The notes under the pieces were generated by a model. That model ran no database searches. It had not been told where the DNA came from and saw only the letters and a program-made list of their open reading frames with translations. Below, one piece after another: positions 20,839 through 30,030 of a DNA stretch of 64,000 bases. The position numbers were made by a program, and so were the translations under genes. This DNA comes from an uncultured delta proteobacterium (GTDB lineage Bacteria; Desulfobacterota; Desulfomonilia; UBA1062): positions 1 through 64,000 of the forward strand of contig CAVVYZ010000005.1 in NCBI GenBank assembly GCA_963752595.1, given 5' to 3'. Numbering within the stretch: the first letter of the stretch is position 1; each line of letters begins with the position of its first letter.

Positions 20839-23826
20839 ATGACAAAGAATGATAAACATTATGATAGGCTTTATCATGGTAGGCTCCTTAGGACCTACCT
20901 AGAATATATTAAAAAAAAATACCCCACCCTTGATATAGATGCACTTCTTGATTTTGCTGGGCTCTCTAAATTCGAAATTAATGATGATGGTTTCTGGTAT
21001 ACCCAAGAGCAAGCCGATCGGTTTCACGAAATACTGAATAACCTAACAGGTAATGAAAACATTGCAAGAGAGGTTGGACGTTACGGTGCATCCTCAGAAT
21101 CCCTGAGCGTTATAAAACAATATGTAATATCATTAATGGATCCATCAATGGCATATGAACTCCTCGGGAGAATAGGGTCGAAACTCACGAGGGGAACGAA
21201 GATTGAAATCAAAAGATTATCTAAAAATTCAGTGGAAGCAATATATACCTTAAATCCAGGGGTAAACGAAAAACCCTATCAATGCAAGAATCGATACGGA
21301 CTCATGGAAACCGTAGCAACGTTTTTTACTGGTGAGTTTGCTAATGTAGATCATAAAGAGTGTATCCATGAGGGATATAATTTCTGCAGATATATCATTT
21401 CTTGGGATAAAACATTATTATCCAGGTTAAGACGGTTAAGAAGTATTCTTATGCTTGTTGGAGTTATCGCAAGTATATTCTTTCTGTTTCTTCTTCCTCC
21501 TACCAATTTTTTAATGTGGCTCCTTTCATATTCAGCGGGTATTCTCGCCTTTTCATTATATGACAGTAAATTGGAGGTAAATAGTTTAAAAAATCAAATT
21601 CAATCACAAGGTCAGGCAGCAGAACAATTGATTGCTGAGTCTGACAAAAGATACAGGGATGCCGACCTGGTCCAAGAGATCGGACGAATTATCTCAACTG
21701 TATTGGATATTGACGATCTTCTCTTAACAATAATGAAAACGATTGAGAAGTACTTCGATTATGATAGAGGAATGGTACTTCTTTCCGATAGCAATAAAAA
21801 GCATCTCGTGTATCAAGTGGGATATGGATATTCATCTGAACAGGAAGAATTCTTCCGACATTCTGCTCTTCATCTAGACAAGCCCAAAGCAAAAGGACCA
21901 TTTGTTTTGGCTTTTAAGGAACAAAAGCCTTATTTAGTTAATAATATAAAAGAAATAGTGAATGAATTATCTGAAAGAAGCAGGAGTCTTGTTGAGATAG
22001 CAGAAACGCATTCTTTCATTTGTGTCCCCATAGTATATGAGAACGAGTCATTGGGTGTGCTCTCGTTAGATAACAAAAGATCAACAGGTCCCCCAAAGCA
22101 GAGTGACCTTAATCTCCTCATGGGCATAGCTCCACAAATAGCTATCAGTATCATGAATGCCCGCTCGTTTGAGCGGCTCCAGGCAAGCGAGGAAAAGTAC
22201 CGGGACCTTGTGGAGAGTGCGAACAGTATCATCATGCGCCTGGACACGAAAGGGAAGATTACTTACATCAACAAGTTCGGCCAGGGATTCTATGGATATA
22301 AAGAGAGCGAGATAATCGGGAGGGAAGTGCTTGGTTTTCTCATGCTCGATGTAGATGAAAGTGGGAATGATCTATCAAGAAGCTTCACCTACTTTCTCAA
22401 CCATCCTGATTTTTTCCGGTACTCTACCAATGTGAATATCCTCAGAAATGGAGAGCCTGCGTGGATTTCCTGGAGCAACAAGGCCATTTATGACAAGGAC
22501 GAAGTCCTTGTGGAAATTCTCTGTGTCGGAAACGATATCAGTGCGAGGAAAAAGGCTGAAGATGAAAAGCAGAAGCTGGAGATGCAACTCCAGCGGTCTC
22601 AGAAGATGGAGGCAATCGGGCAGCTTGCCGGCGGTGTCGCTCATGATCTGAACAATATTTTGAGCGGAATTGTAAGCTATCCGGAGATCCTCATGATGGA
22701 GCTCCCTAAAGACAGCCCCCTGACACAATCGCTTGAGATAATTAAAAAATCTGGCGAAAAAGCTGCAGCCATTGTTCAGGATCTGCTTACACTTGCGAGA
22801 AGAGGGGTGAATGCGACCAATGTGGTAAACATTAATAAGGTCGTGAGCGACTTTTTGAGCAGCCCTGAATACAATAAGATTATGCAATACAATCCGAATA
22901 TCCATATAGAGGTTAACCTGGAGTCCCATCTCATGAATGTTCTGGGATCTGAGCTTCATCTTTCGAAGACTGTCATGAATCTCATATCCAATGCTGCTGA
23001 AGCAATGCCCGATGGTGGAGTACTGGCCATAACCACTGAAAATCGTTATATAGATATCCCAACTCAGGGTTATGACCTGATCGAGGAAGGCGAATATGTT
23101 ATATTGCGTGTCAAGGATACGGGCATCGGAATATCCCAGGAAGACCTCAAGAGGGTATTCGAGCCATTCTATTCCAAAAAGGCTATGGGCAGGAGCGGCA
23201 CCGGCCTGGGAATGGCGATCATCTGGTCCACGGTAAAAGATCATAACGGCTTCATCGATGTGAAAAGTACTGTCGGAGAAGGTACCTGCTTAGAGCTTTA
23301 TCTCCCGATTACCCGTCAGGAAGCGAAGACTCAGGAACCCAAGCAATCTATCGAAGCTTTCAGGGGTACGGAGAAGGTCCTGGTGGTTGATGATGTATTC
23401 GAGCAGCGGGAAATTGCGAGAAGACTACTTGAAAATCTTGGATATACAGTTGGGGTATCATCCAGCGGGAAAGAAGCTGTCGAATACCTGAAAAACAACA
23501 GTGCTGATCTTATCATGCTGGATATGATCATGGAGCCCGACATGGACGGCCTGGAAACCTATAAGGAGATCCTCAAGATACACCCAGGGCAGAAGGCGAT
23601 TATTGTCAGCGGCTTTTCCGAAACCGATCGGGTAAAGGGTGCCCTAAGTCTGGGCGCAGGATCATATGTCAAAAAGCCCTATCTCCTCCAAGATATCGCA
23701 AAAGCTGTGCGAAACGAGCTTGATAAAAAAGATAAAAAGTTCAACCCTGCGATCTTTTTTCCCTCTCAAGACTCCAGAACTCTCAGAAAGAACAAAAGAA
23801 TGCTTAGGTTGAAACGCTTTCCTTGA
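20839..23826 (+). CDS. Hybrid sensor histidine kinase: V4R/HNOB-like - 2TM - GAF - PAS - HisKA - HATPase - REC
   Basis: N-terminal Cys motif QCKNRYG..HKECIHEGYNFCRY; GAF (SFICVPIVYE); PAS; AGGVAHDLNN; GTGLG; receiver VLVVDD..LDM..KP. Confidence 0.9.
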   Translation: MTKNDKHYDRLYHGRLLRTYLEYIKKKYPTLDIDALLDFAGLSKFEINDDGFWYTQEQADRFHEILNNLTGNENIAREVGRYGASSESLSVIKQYVISLMDPSMAYELLGRIGSKLTRGTKIEIKRLSKNSVEAIYTLNPGVNEKPYQCKNRYGLMETVATFFTGEFANVDHKECIHEGYNFCRYIISWDKTLLSRLRRLRSILMLVGVIASIFFLFLLPPTNFLMWLLSYSAGILAFSLYDSKLEVNSLKNQIQSQGQAAEQLIAESDKRYRDADLVQEIGRIISTVLDIDDLLLTIMKTIEKYFDYDRGMVLLSDSNKKHLVYQVGYGYSSEQEEFFRHSALHLDKPKAKGPFVLAFKEQKPYLVNNIKEIVNELSERSRSLVEIAETHSFICVPIVYENESLGVLSLDNKRSTGPPKQSDLNLLMGIAPQIAISIMNARSFERLQASEEKYRDLVESANSIIMRLDTKGKITYINKFGQGFYGYKESEIIGREVLGFLMLDVDESGNDLSRSFTYFLNHPDFFRYSTNVNILRNGEPAWISWSNKAIYDKDEVLVEILCVGNDISARKKAEDEKQKLEMQLQRSQKMEAIGQLAGGVAHDLNNILSGIVSYPEILMMELPKDSPLTQSLEIIKKSGEKAAAIVQDLLTLARRGVNATNVVNINKVVSDFLSSPEYNKIMQYNPNIHIEVNLESHLMNVLGSELHLSKTVMNLISNAAEAMPDGGVLAITTENRYIDIPTQGYDLIEEGEYVILRVKDTGIGISQEDLKRVFEPFYSKKAMGRSGTGLGMAIIWSTVKDHNGFIDVKSTVGEGTCLELYLPITRQEAKTQEPKQSIEAFRGTEKVLVVDDVFEQREIARRLLENLGYTVGVSSSGKEAVEYLKNNSADLIMLDMIMEPDMDGLETYKEILKIHPGQKAIIVSGFSETDRVKGALSLGAGSYVKKPYLLQDIAKAVRNELDKKDKKFNPAIFFPSQDSRTLRKNKRMLRLKRFP

Positions 23827-23897
23827 ACCGCGCTCGCACAGGTGACAGCCGTCGGTAAAAATCCATAGTGCCCATTGTAATCCTGAACAACATGTAA

Positions 23898-25651
23898 CCT
23901 AAATTCCCGTGTTATTGTAACGAGGCAGGCGGCGTGACGCCCAATTTGGTGTAGAGGTCCATCTGCCGTTTCGTTGTTTCGCCGACCTGAGTTGCTGACC
24001 CGGCACTTCAAAGCATTCAATGACATCGAGCTCATCCAGAACTTCCTGCATGGTATGGTCCTTGAACAGGTTGTTTTCCTGCATTTTCCTGGTGATATAG
24101 GATAAAAAGATGAGAGCGATGAACTGCACAAAGAGCTTGCCATCCAGACTTTGTTCCGATGAGACGGCCAGCCGGCGCAGATTCAGCCGTTCTTTCAGAT
24201 TATCGAAGGCCTTTTCCACCAGGTCCTTGTTCCGGTAGATCGCAAGCGCCTCCACCGGGTCCTTTATTTCGTTGCTCAAAAGGGCAAAATACCCGTAATT
24301 GCGTTTTGCCTCCGCCAGGGCCTCTTCTTTGGCAATAACCTTCGTGCCTCGAACCGGCGTGCTTTTCACCTCAAAATATTTGGCATACTGCTTCTCATGA
24401 TCCGGATGGCGCTGGCCGCTTTCCAGTTCTTCCTGCCAATCGGCCAGCCGGCTGTTGAAGGCTTTTTCATCCTCCAGGGCCCGCTCCGGGGAATAATACA
24501 GATGAAGATACATCCGGCGATCCGCTTTGATGGTGTCCCCTTTATAGGGGCGATCCTGGACATAGTCCCAGGTGATCGGCAGGGAGTAGGTATAGAGTTG
24601 GTAGGCCTGACTGTAATGGGTCCAGCTGCGCATCTTGTCCCGAACGGTGTCCAAATGTGTCTTCACGAGTTTCAGGGACAGCTTGGCGGCAATCAGGAAC
24701 TTCATATGATGCCTGTACATGTCGTTGATGTTGGCCGCACTGAAGAAGCCCCGGTCCAGGACCACCTTGATCTTCTCATAGCCCAGCGTGTTCATGTCGG
24801 CCAGCAGTTTCCTCAGCGTTTTCACATCGGGAATGTTTCCTGCCAGCTTCCGGTAATAAAACGGCAGGCGGGATTGTTGCCCGAAGAGCAGGGTCAGATT
24901 GATCTGTGCCAGATGCTCATGATCTTTGTTTTTGCCGTAGCGGACCTGCCTGAGGCATTTCGAATAACTGGAGATGGACGTGCTGTCATAGGCCAGGTAT
25001 TCCCTCTCCACCCGGCGTTTCCCCTGAAGCCGGAAAAATCGCTGCCTGGCTTCCTCGGTGATGGAGGCAAAGAGTTCGCTGCTTCTCTGGGAGGAGATGA
25101 CCTCACCGTGGGGATGCCGATGGAGTGCTGCCCAGCGGGGAAAACGGCTCAGGGGGTTCCTATCCTCCAGGATCAGGTAATAGGCAATGGACAGGATCTG
25201 CCGGTAACTGTCGGGAAAGCATGTCTTCAGATCCTCCGTCACTCCGGTATCCTCCCCGATGCGGTCGAAGAGATAGGTGGCCCCATAGAAACTGCGGGCC
25301 GTCCATGTGATCGGCACCGGCCCTCGCTTGGCTTTCTCCCCGACTATCGGCGTGTTTTCTTTTCCGGGTGGGAATGATCTTCTGTGTCTCGGGATCCACC
25401 CGCCCGATGCATTTGCGTTTTGCCCGGGACTGCTGCTTATCCTTATCCCAGTAAGAGATCGACTCGTACGCATAGGTGATCCCGGTCTTTTTATTGGTCT
25501 GATACACGATAGCCGCCATATACAACTCCTCCTCACCTCGTTACAATAATATATATTGTAACGAGGTATAATGCAAGAGAAATCGTATTTGTTTATTCTT
25601 TATTAGAGACTTATCTCCAGTTTCATCGTTATACTTTTTCGGGAACTCAGG
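23898..25651 (-). mobile_element. IS1634-family insertion sequence
   Basis: Terminal inverted repeats CCTAAATTCCCG (23898) and CCTGAGTTCCCG (reverse complement, ending 25651). No target duplication visible. Confidence 0.8.
23912..25525 (-). CDS. IS1634-family DDE transposase (frameshifts near 25370 and 23985)
   Basis: YDSTSISSY, YGKNKD, VLDRGFFS and YRNKDLVEKAFDNLK. The N-terminus (YAYESISYWDKDKQQSR) is in another frame. Confidence 0.85.
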
Positions 25652-26296
25652 ATCTACCGCAAGCCCAATACCAGCAGGCGTCACCCGGGTCATCAGATCT
25701 ATCCCTATCTGCTACGTAACCTGAAAATCGAGAGACCCAACCATGTCTGGGCAGCTGACATCACCTATATTCCGATGAAAAGGGGCTTTGTCTATCTCAT
25801 CGTGGTTATGGACCGGGCATCACGGCGGGTACTATCGTGGAGGCTGTCAAACACCCTGAGCACAGATTTCTGCATGGAGGCGGTTCAGGAAGCCTTAGAT
25901 CTTTATGGCACCCCGGAAATCTTCAATACCGACCAGGGCAGCCAGTTTACCAGCCTGGAGTTTACTGAGCTTTTGAAGGAAAAGGGTATTGCCATCAGCA
26001 TGGACGGGAGAGGATGCCGGCGTGACAATGTGTTCGTAGAGAGGCTCTGGAGAAGCATCAAATATGAGGAGGTCTATCTGCATGCCTATGATAGTGCCAG
26101 TGAAGCCAGGAGCGGATTAGAACGCTATCTGACGTTTTACAATAATCGCAGGCCACACTCGACGCTTGACAGATCAACCCCGGATGAAGTTTATTTCGGT
26201 TGTCGGGAGGAGATGCCCGATGCGGCTTAATGGGAATAGTGGCAAGACTCCACTTATAAATCGCCATCTCCTGTCTAAACAACCGGAGCCATCTCT
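25652..26296 (+). mobile_element. 5'-truncated IS3-family element (OrfB integrase core and right end)
   Basis: IYRKPNTS..YPYLLR..PNHVWAADITYIPM, FNTDQGSQFTS, DNVFVERLWRSIKYE, stop at 26230. Right end ...CTGTCTAAACAACCGGAGCCATCTCT. Confidence 0.85.
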
Positions 26297-27117
26297 CTGA
26301 ATTGATTGAACCATGAATGGCAGACTTCAACAACCCAGCGTTTTGCATGATATCCCGGGTTATGAGCTTTTTCCGATTTTTCTTTTCTGCGGGATCGGAC
26401 GTGAGGAATGTAGCCGTGAGCACGAATGATCTCCTCTGCAGGTTTCCCCGCATATCCGGCATCGGTACACAAGTTGGGCTGAACCTCTCCTTTTGCTGTA
26501 TCAACTTTAGATCATACGGGCATCCAAGACCGCTTCAAGCTGGCTGACATCGTGACGATTCGCCCCGGTTACGATGATCGACAGCGGGACTCCACGTTCG
26601 TCTACCAACAAATGTCTCTTGCTTCCCTTTTTTCCCCGATCAGTCGGATTGTTTCCAACCGCTTCTCTCCACGGGGCGCCTTCATCATGGCCCCATCAAT
26701 GCTCTGCCATTCCCAGGCTATCCCTCCCATGTCATCATATTCCGCCAGTCCACGCCTCCAGAGTTGCTCGAAAAACCCAGCTGCCAGCCACTCACAAAAA
26801 TACCGATGAATCGCACTTCCGCTGCCGAACACCTCTTTGGGCAAAGCCTTCCATTGTATGCCGGTCCGGAGCACGTATACGATGGCCTCGAATACCTTCC
26901 TCGCGGGCAATGGCGGTCTTCCTGCTCCAGGTCGCCTCTCATAGTTGCGTTTCGGATCCCTCTCCTTGTGAGGTATCAACGGCTCTACTATCTCCCAGAA
27001 TTCGTCAGATACTTCCCATGATTGTACTCTCTTCATTGCTGTCCCTCGTACTGTGTTTGTTCGCAATACGTAGGGTCATCTTATATCCTTTCAACCCCAA
27101 TTAAGGGATTGGTTCTA
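26297..27117 (-). mobile_element. IS5-family element with a disrupted transposase, 3' end cut by the IS3 element
   Basis: From the ATG at 27036: GRPP..VLRTGIQWKALP, SIDG, DAGY and KRWVVE..SWFNQFR, ending abruptly at the IS3 end. Frameshifts or stops inside. Confidence 0.8.
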
Positions 27118-27287
27118 AATACCATTTTCCAGGGGCAAAATGAGGCTCCTAAGCTCCTTAATGGCCCGCTTTAAGCCCCTTCTAACATCATTTCAATCAC
27201 TTACTTTGGTCCGACCCCCGCCCGCGTCCTTAAGGCCTCTCACAGCCCTTAGCCGCCTCCTCGTTGAGTGTTGGTTCTCCTCTCGCT

Positions 27288-27342
27288 TCCTTAATCAGGA
27301 CCCGTCCCGGATTTCTCCTTAATCGTGACCCGTCTCTAATTT
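27288..27342. repeat. Two tandem 27-nt imperfect repeats (REP-like), period 28
   Basis: TCCTTAATCAGGACCCGTCCCGGATTT (27288) and TCCTTAATCGTGACCCGTCTCTAATTT (27316). Confidence 0.7.
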
Positions 27343-27608
27343 CCATCTATATCTCTATTAATTATAAGCCATTGCTAACATGAACGCTCCGAAGACTGCT
27401 CCCAGATGAACCATAATCAATATGTATCCTGTTCTTTTCAATTTTCTTCTATTATTACTGGCAACAAGGATAACTCCATACATTGGGTACTGAATGAGTA
27501 ATACCAAATAATGTAAAACCGATTTCAACTCTGCATCTTGTGAAATAGCACGTATGTCAATGGGCGTATAAAAGTTTACCAATTCTGGGCGTGAGAAGTT
27601 TACCACCC

Positions 27609-28385
27609 TTATGCAATACTGCCATGAGAATCGACCCCATCCTTTGAGATTTTCCCCCGTAAACGGAAACTGTTGCCTCTGATGTTGATCACGACGCTGT
27701 GATGCAGAAGCCGATCAAGGATCGCCGTGACGATGATCTGGTCATGGAAGAGCTCAGTCCAGTCGGTGAACGCCTTGTTGGAGGTCAGGATGGTGCTGGC
27801 CTTCTCGTAGCGGTTGGCAACGAAGCGGTAAAAGAGATTGCACTCCTGCCGGTCGATGGGCGTGTAGCCCACCTCGTCAACGACCACGAGAGCGGATTTG
27901 TAATAGCTTCTCCCCCTGCCGGAACGGCCCGTCTCGTGATCTTTCTTGAGCTTCCCGATGAGGTCCTCCATGGTGGTGAAGTACACGCTCAGGCCCGACT
28001 GGCAGGCTTTCACCGCCAAAGCCACGGCCAGGTGGGTCTTTCCCACCCCCGGAGGGCCTAAGAAGATCACGTTGCCCTTCTGCCGGATGAAGGTCAGGTC
28101 GAACAGCGACATCACTTTCTGCCGGTCGAGCCCAGGCTGGAAGGTGAAGTCGAACTCGTCGATGGACTTGATGAAGGGCAGGCCCGAGATCTTGAGCGTG
28201 GTCTCCACTCTTCGCTGCTCCTTCTGGGCCACTTCCTCTTCGAGGAGGTCGTCAAGGAAGGAGAGATAGCTCTTGCTCTGCTCCTCGGCAGCATGGATGG
28301 TGCCGTCGAGGACCTCCCGGATCCTCGGGAGCCTTAAGCGTGCGAGGTTGGCTTCGATCCGTTCGTACACCAGGATATCGCTCAT
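27609..28385 (-). CDS. istB: IS21 helper ATPase IstB
   Basis: GPPGVGKTHLA, VVDEVGY and AILDRLLHH. 4-nt overlap with istA. Confidence 0.95.
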   Translation of the reverse strand: MSDILVYERIEANLARLRLPRIREVLDGTIHAAEEQSKSYLSFLDDLLEEEVAQKEQRRVETTLKISGLPFIKSIDEFDFTFQPGLDRQKVMSLFDLTFIRQKGNVIFLGPPGVGKTHLAVALAVKACQSGLSVYFTTMEDLIGKLKKDHETGRSGRGRSYYKSALVVVDEVGYTPIDRQECNLFYRFVANRYEKASTILTSNKAFTDWTELFHDQIIVTAILDRLLHHSVVINIRGNSFRLRGKISKDGVDSHGSIA

Positions 28386-29656
28386 AGCGAAGCCCCCGCC
28401 GCATGGTCATAAACCGAGAGCGGCCTGATCTGCACGTCCATGTCGTATAAAGGCTTTACCGGAGAGATGGTGAGCTTCGCCCGTCCCTTTGCCGGTCTGG
28501 CGTGATGATACTTCCGTGCATTCATCGCCCGGTCCTTGCGCAGAGCCTCGTAGAATCGCCTGTCCTGCACCAGGTGGCCAGAGCCTTCAGGGATTACATA
28601 GGCAACGATAAGCCGGTCGTCGGCAAACACCCGCATGACCTTGTCCTTCACGCGAAGCACAACCCCTTTGCCCACCAGGGTATGGGGAACAACGTAGCTG
28701 TTGCCCTCGAAGCGCACCGTGCAGTCCTTGTGCACCTTCCGGTACACCCGGTACGAGGTATCGAACTCCCTGAGAGGCACGGGCTTCAGGTATGGCAGCT
28801 CGCGCTCGTACCGAACTCGCACCACCTCATGGGTCGTGCCGTGCACTCGCTCATCCTTGATCTTCAGCCATTGGGCCAGATCCCGGTTGGCAGTCTCAAT
28901 GCAGGTGAACCCGTACCCTCTCCAGAACCCTTCCCGGATGTACGAATACGGCCTCTCCACCTTGCCCTTCACCCAGGCGGCATAGGCTGGCGCCACCCTC
29001 GGCTTGAATCCATAGTGGACGGCAAAGCCCTGGAGCGTGGCGTTGAACCTGGCCTTGCCACCGACCTTGCCGATGTAGACGTTCCTCATCCGGTCGTAGA
29101 GAATCTCCCCGGGCACGCCCCCGAAGGAATCAAAGGCTCGGATGTGGCAATCCAGGAAGGTGGGCAGGTCACAACGCTCGATGAGCTCCCCGTAGAGCTT
29201 CCTCGAATATCCCAGGATCATGGAGAACAGGTAGTACTTCAGAACCGTGCCGTCTTCACGCACCACCTGGAACTCACCGAAGTCTACCTGCGCCTGGCAG
29301 CCCGGCTCACTCTCAAACCGCATATAAGCAATGCGCTGCGTTTCCACCTTGAGCTCATGAACCTTGCGCTTCACAGGATCGTAGCTCCCGGCATACCCCA
29401 GCGGCCTGAGATGGTCGTATATCCAGGTCGCTTTGTACTCGGGGTCTTCGCTCAGCCATGCCCGGATGTTGCCCTCATAGGGGTCGAGCTTGCTTTCCCT
29501 CACCACTGGCCGCCGTCCCCGCTCGCATGTTTCGGGGGCATCGAGGTACTTATGCACCGTCGGCCGGGAGATCCCCAACCTCTTCGCTATCTGCCTCTCT
29601 GACAACCCCTGCCTCTTGAGCGCCACGATGTCCATCACATCTCCCAGTCTCTTCAC
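28382..29656 (-). CDS. istA: IS21 transposase IstA
   Basis: HTH (SERQIAKRLGISRPTV), RFESEPG.QAQVDFG, YDRM and KGKVER. Confidence 0.95.
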   Translation of the reverse strand: MKRLGDVMDIVALKRQGLSERQIAKRLGISRPTVHKYLDAPETCERGRRPVVRESKLDPYEGNIRAWLSEDPEYKATWIYDHLRPLGYAGSYDPVKRKVHELKVETQRIAYMRFESEPGCQAQVDFGEFQVVREDGTVLKYYLFSMILGYSRKLYGELIERCDLPTFLDCHIRAFDSFGGVPGEILYDRMRNVYIGKVGGKARFNATLQGFAVHYGFKPRVAPAYAAWVKGKVERPYSYIREGFWRGYGFTCIETANRDLAQWLKIKDERVHGTTHEVVRVRYERELPYLKPVPLREFDTSYRVYRKVHKDCTVRFEGNSYVVPHTLVGKGVVLRVKDKVMRVFADDRLIVAYVIPEGSGHLVQDRRFYEALRKDRAMNARKYHHARPAKGRAKLTISPVKPLYDMDVQIRPLSVYDHAAGASL

Positions 29657-30030
29657 CCACGCCCCCTCATGCTTCCGCTTCTGCACTCCATTAAGTGCTC
29701 CTCGGAAACCACGTCGGGGCGGCTGACTACTTCGAGGGGGACACATTCCCCCTCGACCCCTTTGAAAACCGTTCTACACTCCTGAAAATGAAAACCCTAA
29801 AGACTCTCCGGGTGGTAAACTTTCACGTGCCCATTTTTGGTAAGATTTATCACGCCCAAGAACAACGTATTAGAACCCAGAATGGGAACAATACTTTCAT
29901 GGGAACATATGTCCCATCACCTCCTGCTGATAAAAAGGACTCCAATTGCAATGGCAACTGGAGTTACAATGATTGACGATATGATTATTATCCAATTTTT
30001 CATCCTTATTCCTTCCCTTATATTTTACAA

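Larger units (their letters stand above)
27555..29864 (-). mobile_element. IS21-family insertion sequence (2,310 bp), apparently intact
   Basis: TG...CA ends with iterated AAGTTTACCA repeats. 5-bp target duplication ACGTA at 27550-27554 and 29865-29869. Confidence 0.95.
27358..30003 (-). pseudogene. Putative membrane immunity protein (about 109 aa) interrupted by IS21
   Basis: 5' part 30003-29865 (MKNWIIIISSIIVTPVAIAIGVL..SAGGDGTYVPMKVLFPFWVLIR) joins the 3' part 27549-27358 (AISQDAELK..AMAYN) across the ACGTA duplication. One extra base in the A-run near 29934. Starts 27 nt after the Rhs stop. Confidence 0.7.

Noticed and set aside
23722-23826. Unusual basic C-terminal tail on the hybrid kinase
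   Set aside because: It follows A-runs right after the receiver domain ends (ELDKK), and a small indel there would put a nearby TAA in frame. Likely an artefact.
23766-23897. DYNGHYGFLP peptide resembling an IS1380 transposase motif
   Set aside because: Too short, with no supporting sequence around it.
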